Origin: Savitreella phatthalungensis
Lineage: Eukaryota
Assembly: GCA_051599415.1 (NCBI GenBank)
Contig: AP039690.1
Span: 248,001-312,000, forward strand
DNA: 64,000 nt
Reading direction: 5' to 3'
This document shows, one piece after another, positions 43,932 through 53,036 of the stretch. Under the pieces are notes generated by a model. That model was given only the letters and a program-made list of their open reading frames with translations, searched no databases and was not told the origin of the DNA. Position 1 is the first letter of the stretch, and each line of letters opens with the position of its first letter. A program made the position numbers and the translations under genes.

Positions 43932-45843
43932 CTACGAGACAGTCTGCCAACGCGAGAGAATCTTGTCCTGTTGTGCCTTCTCTGACGGATCCTTAACGGA
44001 GAGCGCTTGAACTAAAGCCAGACAGTCCTTTCTTACAGGAGGACGTAAGAGCATCAGATATTGCAGGCATGTATAGCCAAGCTGTGACCTGTCCGGGTCC
44101 ATACAGAGTGCTTCGAGCCGGTCAATCATATCTCGCGACAAGACCGGGAGTTCGGAAAAGAAGCGGATGATCACTCGATCTTTCGCCTCGAGCCTCGGAA
44201 GAATCGCATCGAGCGTGATGAGCGTCCAGCGGGCATAAGCCTTCGCATCAGCCAGCCACTCCTGCAATAGCCAGGCACTCAGGATGTCATTGCGAGAGCG
44301 AAAAGACAGCATGCAGAAGTCCAATAGCCTCCTCCGATGCATCTGTGTTCGCAACTATCGCGAGACGAATGCCAAGCTGCGCTATGCTGAAGCGATCGCG
44401 TCCGAAGTGCACATCTCTGTCGTAACCTGGGCCGGAAAACTGCGTCGACCAAGCGTCCCGAGGCACTGCATCCGTCATGCTCAAGATACCAGCTTCAAGT
44501 TTCTCAGCCAGTTCGATCGCCCCTGACTTCTCGAGATCTTCAGGCTCTGGCATCGTCCAGCTTCGAGTGATCGTCTTCGAAGGATCGCTAGTCGTAGAAG
44601 ATACAGGACCTTCCGGCGGACGCCGTTCGGGCTCCAATGCAGATTGTCTTTCACTCGCCGCAACTCTGGCCTCGGTTATCACGATCGAGGCGTGGAGAGT
44701 GTCTTGATCCACTAAAGCTAGCGCGGCAAGAACGAGCTTCATGGCCACGTCATGTGGCAGGGTATTTACGTCGAAGCTGGCAAGTGAATGGGCGTGCGAC
44801 AGGTTGAAAACGTCTTTGAGCGCAACATGCCCTGTCGGCAGAGGTGGGACAGAGAGCATGGACGGAACAGGGGTGGCGCGGTCTTCGGTTGTGCGTGATC
44901 GTTTGCTGGAGCTGACAAGTCCGACGGGCTCTTCCGGAGCCCCGCGCTTCTTCGAAATTTCATCGTCAGCTGAGCGCTGGGCTTGTCGCACAAGGTAGCT
45001 CTGTATCTTTGGCCCGAGTGAGCCAGCAACATTGTGTCGAAGCAAATGAGCGAAGGCGCAACGGACCGTCTTCGTGAACCAGCGCTCCTTCAAAGAATCT
45101 GCAACCGATGCTTCCCGCTCGTTCGCTGACGCCAGCAGTTCTGTCGCAATCTTCGCCGCCAAGAGAACGCGCGATCGTGCAATCGTCGTCAAGCAATTGA
45201 TTGCAGCAGTCATGACTGTGATTTCCGTGACCATTTCAGTTGCAACGGAGCACAATCTGTCGAGCAGACCTTGTGCTTCAGCTGCAAGATCAGCCACCTG
45301 CAACAGCGCATGCCCCGAGGGGACTGATGCCAGGGAGGTTTCTGCCTTCGCCGCCAATCTTGGGTCGCGTGTGCCGTTGGTCTGAAGGACAATGACGCGT
45401 TGCGCAAACTTGATGCATGAGATTCGTACCCCATGATCTCCGTCGTCCCAGTTCTGAAGAATGACTCTTTTGACGTCCCGCCAGTGTCCAAATGAGATGG
45501 TGTCATGCGCATTATCCAAAAGATATGTAAAGACGAATGGCTGCACACAAGTCGCAACCTGGACGAATTTCCGCAACACCTTGCTTGGAGAGCGATTGCT
45601 GAGGCTTTGCACCAGCGTGGGTAGGACGGCTATGGACGTCGTTTGCGCGGCGGCTGAGTCGAGTCCAAGATCATTTATTGCCCAGAGCAGGAAATCTGCA
45701 ATCCATTCGCGCAATTCGGGGTCCGGTTGCAGCGCGATTGGTAGGACGCCAACAAGGATCTGCTGGAGATACGCGACATTCGATCTTACGAGCGCCTTAG
45801 CCTGATCAAGTTGTGCGATGCGATCCCGCACCCCATCAGTCAT
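43932..45843 (-). CDS. PTA1: mRNA 3'-processing scaffold Pta1/symplekin, with a frame break near 44350
   Basis: N-terminal GVRISCIKFAQRVI...DPR. C-terminal AWLLQEW and RFFSELP...LCMDPDR...LQYLMLLRPPVR lie in a different frame. Confidence 0.85.
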
Positions 45844-45970
45844 AGAGGGAGGGGGTAAAGCGGTGATGCCCGTCTGATAATAGGTCGCCGGTTATGTCTC
45901 TCGATGACATACGATCAGTTTCAAACACAATTGATTGTTCTGTTCCTCTCTACAATGCTATGGTTTATAG

Positions 45971-48900
45971 CTAGAAATCATCGAAATCGTCCACTAAGAC
46001 CTCTGCATCTAGTGGATCGTACCCTCTTCGTGATGCCAAGCGCCTCCTCACAATACCATAGAGGGAGCGGACGACAACGGGAATCGCGAAAGCAATTGCA
46101 ACGGCTGCGCTGACCACGTTGATGGCGGCCTCGACAGCGAAATTGTCCGCATCGCGGCGAGGTTCATCCCCCAGACGGATCTGTCCAACACGGTGCAAGC
46201 CCTTGCGATAGACGGAATAGCCAATCGCGCCGGCTGAGCCGAAACAGAGAACAATGATGGTGAAGACACCGAACCCGCCAATAGCACTTTCTCGTGTCCG
46301 ACCGAATTCGGCCTCTTTGCCCGGACACGGATGTTCTTCGGCTCTGTCGAAGTGCGGACCGCCGGCACATGTTGTCAGTGGAATCCTGCGGTATCCTGTA
46401 GGCTCGCTCCAAGAGACAAGTGAAGGGTCTTTCGCACATAATGCACTATGATCCGGCGGATCGAGGCCCGGTATGAGCTGACACGTGCCGTCGTTTGCCC
46501 GCTGATAGTTGTAATCGCACTCAAAGTCCTGGATGGTGCAAGTGCAGTTCCGCAGAATCTCATGACTGTGGGGCCTCTGCTGCCCAACAAAGCAGTCGGC
46601 ATCCGGTCGCTTGCGATGGTACTGTGAGACATGCCCAAACAGGCATGATGCCTCGTTAGATGGATGCGATGGTGTCCAGAGATAAAAGTCTCGGAGCTCA
46701 TCATCGGACAGCTTGCACTGGCGGCTGCGCATGACACCGAAGTCGAGCAGATAGCTCGAGGCTCTACGATGGAAGGCCTTGTGAGCAAAGATGACGAACC
46801 GCTGGCTTGTGTCGGATGGTAATGTAGCGATGTCCTTGATGCGGACTGGCTCGTCCACGAATGTCATATTGTTCCAAGTGCGGCCCTCGTCAAGAGTGAA
46901 AAGCACGTGTTGTGTCTCTGCATCGTCCAGAGCTAGGACGATTATCGAGCCTGAGTCCCCGTATTCCCACTGGTGCGGGCCTTTGGCAATCTCTCGCCAT
47001 TCGATACCGCCATCGGTGCTCATGAAAGTATTGCTCTCGTTATAGGGAGTGAGCGAAGAGCCCGCATTGCCAACGGCAATCAAAATACCAATGGCCGAGC
47101 CGGATGAGTAGGTGTCGCGAATGTCTGCACGCTCCGTATAACCGTGGAGATTAAGAGAACAGCCGTCTGTACAGGCTATGACCTCGCCGCGACTGTCGCG
47201 CTCGGGTGCCTTGAGCAATGACCAAGCGCCGCCATCGTTGTGTGTCATCATTGTCTGCAATTGCTTATGTGACAGACCAGCATCCACATCCGCCTGGTTT
47301 TTCACTATGTTGACCACCGCGACCCCTTCCAAGCCTTTGAGCTTCTCAAAGTCTACGTAACCTTGGCGATTGCGGTTGACAGCGTCGAGCGAGGTGACGA
47401 AATACGTTCCATTCGAGTTGGATTTGAGCACGCTTCCGTACTCTTTATCGGCGTCATCATTGATCGTGACGTGCATGAAAATTGAACGAGTTACACTGTC
47501 GAGCACTGTATATGCCTGACGCTCCTCGACTCGGAATCTCGGAGGGAAACGCGCCTCTGCGAAGACCTCGCCATTCACAGAGGTCTGCATGAGCAGTGTC
47601 GAGCCGTCGTGTACTTCTGCCACCACCACAAACTCGTCGAAGACGGCGAATCCCAGCACCTCTTCGAAATGCGTCTTCCGAGTCTCAAAGAAATCGACGC
47701 TGGACGCGAGTTGGAGGCGGCCAGTCAAATCGCCCGAATCGTCCAGACGCGTAGTGCAATAGACGAGGTCGGCGCGCGCATCGACCGCGGTCATACCTAT
47801 GTAGGCACAACCTTCGACGTGATCGTAGAGCTTCTCCCAGTCGCCACCACCATTCTCTGTCCGGAAGGCCGTGATGCGGCAGTTGTGTGCCGAAGCGCGC
47901 TCGCATCCTTGTTGACCCATGAATATAAGCTTACCCGAACGAGTCGAATGGAACTCAAAGATCGGACGGCCCATGGCATTCGGCGGAGCTGGAAGAGACA
48001 ATTTCCTGAAGGTCTGGCCCCTGTCCTTGGATACGAATGCAATCTTGCCCTCTGTCAGACAGTAGAGCCAATCTTTGAAATATCGGTGCGGGATCACTGC
48101 AACGATTTCCTCAGCCTCCAGAACGCGAGCCCATTGCAGTCCGAAGTCGTGCGTGATCCAGACTTCGCCGTTCTCAAGATGCGCGACGATCGTCTCATCA
48201 TCTCCACTTGCATTCTCCGTTCGCTCTAGGAAAAAGTACTGTTTGATGCTGTCTGGGAGGTCATGTGAGACTACTGTAGGCAAATCCTTGGCAGCGTCGT
48301 CCTGCTTAGGACAATCGCGTTCTTCTGTCAGCTCCAGCGCCTCGCCCTTGCACGTGTTGCCGGGAATTTTGCGATAGCCAGAGGACGCCCTGAATGTTTT
48401 GTCGCCCGGCTTGCAGGCTCCAGCTGGCATGATGGCTCGAATGGAAACAGGTACACAGCTGCCCTTGTCCTCGACAAAGTTGTAGTCGCATTCGTAGTCG
48501 TCTTTTGAACACTCGCATGGCTCTTGTTCGTCGCTCGCCGACCAGTCGGCGACGAAGCATCGTGCTTCTGTCTTTTTGCGCATGTAGAACTGCTTATGGC
48601 CCATATGACATGCTGGTTCGCCCGTTTCGTGCGTCCGCACAGACCACTTCTCGAAGTCGTCTTCACCACATCTCCGACCGAGCGCAGTGGTGAAGTCGAT
48701 CGCCACGACAAGCGGTGGCGCTCCTCCCGGATCCGAGCCTACCAGGATGAACTTGGCCAGCGAAGCATCCGGCACAGTAGTCAAGATGCGCGGCAAGAGT
48801 TTCCTACCCAGCGATACAGTCGCCCACGACTCTCCCCGATCCATGGAATAGCAAAGCTCGTCCACGGGCTTGCGATCGTCACGTACCGAGACGAGCACGC

Positions 48901-50299
48901 CGCCGCCATTGCCCCATTCGTACTTCTGCGGACCATTGAGGGCCTTTGACCAGTTCAGACCAGCATCGACGCTGATGTAGAGGTCACCCTTGGCATAGGA
49001 CTCCAGGTGTTCGCCTGTATTTCCAATGCCCATCAAAATGCCAGGCACATGGCTCGAGAAGATGCGCCCGGTATTGTGCGGCTCCCCAGCGGAATGTAAA
49101 TGCAGAGACTCAGCGTCCGCAGTCAGGTTGTGCCAATTTCGACCGTCGTCAAACGTCAACAACGTGCGAAGCCGTTTTACAGTCGACTTCTCCCGTGAGA
49201 CATCTTCGTGGTTTGCAACCACGTTTGCGACTGCAATACCGTCCAACAATTCGATGTTCTCGAAATCGACGATGCCGAGTTCGTTCCTGTTGGTGTGCTC
49301 CAACTTGCAAGAGAAATACGTGCCATTCGAGTTCGATGTGTACAGGCTGCCGAAGGTATTCGACGTATCCGACGAAGACAGAACATCGACCTGGATGCTG
49401 TACGGCCGAGATTCCAGCACTGTATACGCATCCTCCTCGAGTCTTCCGTTTGAGAGCTTCGGAAACTCCGCGCGATCCCACGACTCTCCATCGTCGGACA
49501 CAAATAGGGAGAGTTCATCTGAGCCGGCGCTATGTGAAGCAACGACTATAAAGCTCTGCACAGCACCAAGCCCAACAACACCGGTTATTCCTCGAGAATC
49601 GACCTCGATCTTAGCAAGACTTTTGAAACCGTCCCTGCTGCCGACCAGCTGCAAGTTCAGCGGCCATCGCAGGGACGAGTCTGGGTCTTCTCTCGAACAG
49701 ATGATCAACTCAGGATCAGCAGTCTTAGCGAGAGCTGGTGTCCCAGCTGCGAAGACGCATGATGCTGCATTCGCGACCAGCAGCCGAAGGCTCTGTGCGC
49801 TTTCTCCGAAGTTCTTCCTCGAAAGGTATGCGTGGTCCCTGCACTTCGAACCAAGAAACGAAGATTTGCTCTCCGTACACTTTTCACTCATGAAGATCAC
49901 ATCGTCTCGATTTGCAGCGCTAAACACGAGCGCATCTTGTACCTGTGATGGAGGCCCAGGTGTCTCGAACTTGCGCCAGGTTCTCCCCCTGTCCTCCGTT
50001 GCGTAGTGGGACTGTGACGCAGTGAGCACGTACCCACGGTAGTCTTCATACGGATGGAGATAGAAATCAATCACTTGATCATCCTTGGCGGCTACATCGT
50101 TCCAGGTGACCCCATCATCGTCGCTCTGATAGACGCGGCCTTGGCGCTCGTCCAGGTACAAAATCGACGAGCTATTTGCAAAGTAGCGCAGACGTCTCGG
50201 CAGGTGCGGTAGTGTGTTGATGGTCACAATGGGCTCCGCGGCTAGCGCGAGACCTACCAGAAGGATCCATCGAAGCAGCATGCCGGCGCGAGCGCTCAT
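45971..50299 (-). CDS. VPS10: Vacuolar protein sorting receptor Vps10
   Basis: Signal peptide, two Vps10 domains (SNSNGTYF, VDFE, BNR repeats), Cys-rich 10CC modules, TM helix and cytosolic tail. Confidence 0.95.
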   Translation of the reverse strand: MSARAGMLLRWILLVGLALAAEPIVTINTLPHLPRRLRYFANSSSILYLDERQGRVYQSDDDGVTWNDVAAKDDQVIDFYLHPYEDYRGYVLTASQSHYATEDRGRTWRKFETPGPPSQVQDALVFSAANRDDVIFMSEKCTESKSSFLGSKCRDHAYLSRKNFGESAQSLRLLVANAASCVFAAGTPALAKTADPELIICSREDPDSSLRWPLNLQLVGSRDGFKSLAKIEVDSRGITGVVGLGAVQSFIVVASHSAGSDELSLFVSDDGESWDRAEFPKLSNGRLEEDAYTVLESRPYSIQVDVLSSSDTSNTFGSLYTSNSNGTYFSCKLEHTNRNELGIVDFENIELLDGIAVANVVANHEDVSREKSTVKRLRTLLTFDDGRNWHNLTADAESLHLHSAGEPHNTGRIFSSHVPGILMGIGNTGEHLESYAKGDLYISVDAGLNWSKALNGPQKYEWGNGGGVLVSVRDDRKPVDELCYSMDRGESWATVSLGRKLLPRILTTVPDASLAKFILVGSDPGGAPPLVVAIDFTTALGRRCGEDDFEKWSVRTHETGEPACHMGHKQFYMRKKTEARCFVADWSASDEQEPCECSKDDYECDYNFVEDKGSCVPVSIRAIMPAGACKPGDKTFRASSGYRKIPGNTCKGEALELTEERDCPKQDDAAKDLPTVVSHDLPDSIKQYFFLERTENASGDDETIVAHLENGEVWITHDFGLQWARVLEAEEIVAVIPHRYFKDWLYCLTEGKIAFVSKDRGQTFRKLSLPAPPNAMGRPIFEFHSTRSGKLIFMGQQGCERASAHNCRITAFRTENGGGDWEKLYDHVEGCAYIGMTAVDARADLVYCTTRLDDSGDLTGRLQLASSVDFFETRKTHFEEVLGFAVFDEFVVVAEVHDGSTLLMQTSVNGEVFAEARFPPRFRVEERQAYTVLDSVTRSIFMHVTINDDADKEYGSVLKSNSNGTYFVTSLDAVNRNRQGYVDFEKLKGLEGVAVVNIVKNQADVDAGLSHKQLQTMMTHNDGGAWSLLKAPERDSRGEVIACTDGCSLNLHGYTERADIRDTYSSGSAIGILIAVGNAGSSLTPYNESNTFMSTDGGIEWREIAKGPHQWEYGDSGSIIVLALDDAETQHVLFTLDEGRTWNNMTFVDEPVRIKDIATLPSDTSQRFVIFAHKAFHRRASSYLLDFGVMRSRQCKLSDDELRDFYLWTPSHPSNEASCLFGHVSQYHRKRPDADCFVGQQRPHSHEILRNCTCTIQDFECDYNYQRANDGTCQLIPGLDPPDHSALCAKDPSLVSWSEPTGYRRIPLTTCAGGPHFDRAEEHPCPGKEAEFGRTRESAIGGFGVFTIIVLCFGSAGAIGYSVYRKGLHRVGQIRLGDEPRRDADNFAVEAAINVVSAAVAIAFAIPVVVRSLYGIVRRRLASRRGYDPLDAEVLVDDFDDF

Positions 50300-50399
50300 G
50301 ACGTCGGCATGTATCGAAGCGAACACAATCAATTGAAAGATTGATCACATTAAATGCCAGGCTGGCGTATTCCAGCAAGACACCCTCTCACACGAATAT

Positions 50400-51506
50400 A
50401 TGCTCCAAAGCTTTATCCTATCACTTCATTTCCTGGTATGGCCGGTCAAGGCCTTGTACGCCAATGGAGGCAACGTGCAGCTTGCGACTGATGCAAATTT
50501 CGATGCACTTGTGAATGGCTCACCATTGCTCAGCATCGTGGAATTCTACGCCCCCTGGTGTGGGCACTGCAAGAATCTCGCTCCGGTATACAAGCAAGCC
50601 GCTGACAAGCTCAAGGGGCTCGTCAATGTTGTAGCCGTCGACTGCGATGATCGCGCCAAGACGAGTCAAGTGTGCGGGCGCAATGAAATCAAGGGCTTTC
50701 CAACTATTAAGTCATTCAGACCAGTGGTGAAGAAGGGCAGAAGGACGGTCGAGGGAGAGTTGTATAACGGCGGACGCACACTAGGCGACATTCTGAGGCA
50801 TACAGGCTACATCATGCCTAGTGCTGTCGACAACCTCAAGGATGGCGAAATGAGCGAATGGTTTGAGAAGGAACAGATCAAAGTAATTCTATTCTCCAAG
50901 AAAGGCGCCATTCCACCAGTCTACAAAGCGATGTCGACGCGATTCCCGAGCCTGCTGTTTGGACTGATTCGCTACGATCAAAAAGAGGCGCTTGTACGCT
51001 TTCAAGTCAGCGAATTTCCAACCCTGCTAGTTCTTGACGGCTCGGAGGTGACGCGCTTCGAAGGAGAGATGAGGCAAGCAGAGATCGCATCCTTTCTGTC
51101 AACGTTTGGGAGTGACATCCTCCTCAGCCAAGCGTCCAAATTTACGAAGTCCAAAAGCACTGCGCGAGCATCAGCAGTACACGCACCGCTGCTTGAACGT
51201 CTCGAGGAATTTGACGCGGTATGTTCTTCACAGACCTGCCTTGTCGTGCCTGGTGGGCTTGATCTTGTTGCGCTGACGAAGCACACAAAAGGATATCACG
51301 TTCTTTCAATCGCGCCAAATGTTCATCTGAAGCTTGCTGAGCGATACGGACTCGAAACGAATACGTTTGTCTTCAGCGGCAGCAAAAGATGGCTATTGCC
51401 GGCTAACGGGCAAATTGAGACAATCAGCCAAGTCTTGCAATTCGTAGATGACGTGAAGCTGGGTCAGGCGGGTAGGAAGCTACGCTTCGGCTCGGATGAA
51501 TTGTGA
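50400..51506 (+). CDS. MPD1: ER protein disulfide isomerase, Mpd1 type
   Basis: Signal peptide, a single FYAPWCGHCK thioredoxin site and a C-terminal SDEL. Confidence 0.85.
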   Translation: MLQSFILSLHFLVWPVKALYANGGNVQLATDANFDALVNGSPLLSIVEFYAPWCGHCKNLAPVYKQAADKLKGLVNVVAVDCDDRAKTSQVCGRNEIKGFPTIKSFRPVVKKGRRTVEGELYNGGRTLGDILRHTGYIMPSAVDNLKDGEMSEWFEKEQIKVILFSKKGAIPPVYKAMSTRFPSLLFGLIRYDQKEALVRFQVSEFPTLLVLDGSEVTRFEGEMRQAEIASFLSTFGSDILLSQASKFTKSKSTARASAVHAPLLERLEEFDAVCSSQTCLVVPGGLDLVALTKHTKGYHVLSIAPNVHLKLAERYGLETNTFVFSGSKRWLLPANGQIETISQVLQFVDDVKLGQAGRKLRFGSDEL

Positions 51507-51526
51507 CCCTAGCCGTGCACGTAGCC

Positions 51527-52027
51527 TTAGAAGAGCAAGCGCCACACAGCCAGTCGCGAGAGCAGCGAGATTCCCGGGGATCGCGCCGTGCGATCACACT
51601 GTGCGTATGCGACCGCATTGATGCCGGACAATACGCATCCGGCTAGCACGAGTGTTAACCAAAGAAGCTCAAATTTGACTACGGCGACGAGCGCCAGTCC
51701 GAGCCAGAGGCCTGGAGTCGCGTACAACGTGAGCCAAAAAATTCGAGAGTCTGTCGACGACTGAAGACTCTCTGCGCTTTCGAAAATCCAAACAAGCCGT
51801 CCGTCTGGATCCGTCGCGTTGTACCAGCGCATTCTCACAAGAAGTCGGCCGCTGACATTCTTGACAGTCCAGAAATCAAGAGCCAGCAGGAGCACGACAA
51901 CGACGAAGACCAAGATGAAGTTGGTCGTGAAAAGCAATCCGAGCAGATAGGCGAGCAGACTCGCTGATTTGAACCCTAGATGTAAGACGAGCGCCACAGG
52001 ATGGCGGGATGCGCGGATCGCGTCCAT
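51527..52027 (-). CDS. TVP23: Late-Golgi membrane protein Tvp23
   Basis: HP...DFWTVKNVSGRLLVRMRW, WIFES and DSRIFW. Confidence 0.93.
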   Translation of the reverse strand: MDAIRASRHPVALVLHLGFKSASLLAYLLGLLFTTNFILVFVVVVLLLALDFWTVKNVSGRLLVRMRWYNATDPDGRLVWIFESAESLQSSTDSRIFWLTLYATPGLWLGLALVAVVKFELLWLTLVLAGCVLSGINAVAYAQCDRTARSPGISLLSRLAVWRLLF

Positions 52028-52064
52028 AGGCGTGTGCGAGATCTCAAGGATATCTATTAGGAGT

Positions 52065-52931
52065 CTATGCGGATCTAATTGCAGCTAACGCTTTTTTTAA
52101 CTCTACTTCGGCCGTCGCGAAATCGTCATAATTGAGAGCGCTAATGGCGAAGCGAGCATGGCGCGTTGCCAGCTCGCCGTCAGCATTAGCATAACTGGGC
52201 GGAAGTTGCAGAGCGATCTGTTCGAGATCAACTGTGGGCGATCTCGATGCGTCTGGATTCTCGGAGAGTCCTGGCAACGATTCAGATTCATCGGTCGTCG
52301 CCGTCGTGATCTCTACCAGCTCGTGCGAGGAGTTGCCTACAACAGGCGCGAAGGCAATGGTCTTGGCCAGACTTGTAGCTTTGTCAGGTGTGCTTGCCAC
52401 TTGTTGCGTGTGTTGCGCCTGATCTCTCGAGAGCTCGTCCTCTAGATCTTTTTCGCTGGGTTGTCTGGTGGTTCCATTCGGATCTTTGCCAGAGATGAGA
52501 GCGCCCTGGATCCTCAGCGCTTGCACGCGCGCATACTTCCGACGATCGACCAGATCCTTCTCCTCATTCGAATCAAAGATGGAGCATGCTTCCAGAAAGG
52601 TCGCCGCAGCGAGGAATTTCTGAGCGGTTGCGCCAGTCGCCATGCCTGACCGAGCCTCCTTGTCGGCATTGTCAAAGACCCTGAGAGCAAAACTGTTAAA
52701 ATGATCTTTTGAGGCACTCTTGTCGCGTACCTTCGGATGGTCCTCCTTCGCGCGTTCCAGCAGGGTCATCAGCTCTCCTAATCTGGCCTCTAACGCTGGA
52801 GGCCGCTCGGAAAGTGTCAGAGCCTTCTGAACGGCATACAAACGCAACCAATAGCTCACTAACGGTTCGATTCCTTCGAGCTCATCGGCACGAGTGATGA
52901 ATGCGGCGATCGCCTTCATTGATCTCTCCAT
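52065..52931 (-). CDS. VTA1: ESCRT/Vps4 cofactor Vta1
   Basis: MIT region (FITRADEL, VSYWLRLYAVQ, FALRVFDNAD) and a C-terminal VSL domain (RHARFAISALNYDD). Confidence 0.9.
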   Translation of the reverse strand: MERSMKAIAAFITRADELEGIEPLVSYWLRLYAVQKALTLSERPPALEARLGELMTLLERAKEDHPKVRDKSASKDHFNSFALRVFDNADKEARSGMATGATAQKFLAAATFLEACSIFDSNEEKDLVDRRKYARVQALRIQGALISGKDPNGTTRQPSEKDLEDELSRDQAQHTQQVASTPDKATSLAKTIAFAPVVGNSSHELVEITTATTDESESLPGLSENPDASRSPTVDLEQIALQLPPSYANADGELATRHARFAISALNYDDFATAEVELKKALAAIRSA

Positions 52932-53036
52932 GCAGCAAGCGACAGCCTGTGCAACGCTGATTCTGACAATCTTGGCGGCTATACCGAAATCATTTTGATC
53001 AAATCGATTCATGATCAATGGACATCTTCAGACAAC

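Noticed and set aside
49026..50006. 326-aa antisense ORF and similar shadow ORFs inside long genes
   Set aside because: These are antisense shadows of well-supported genes, expected from codon bias.
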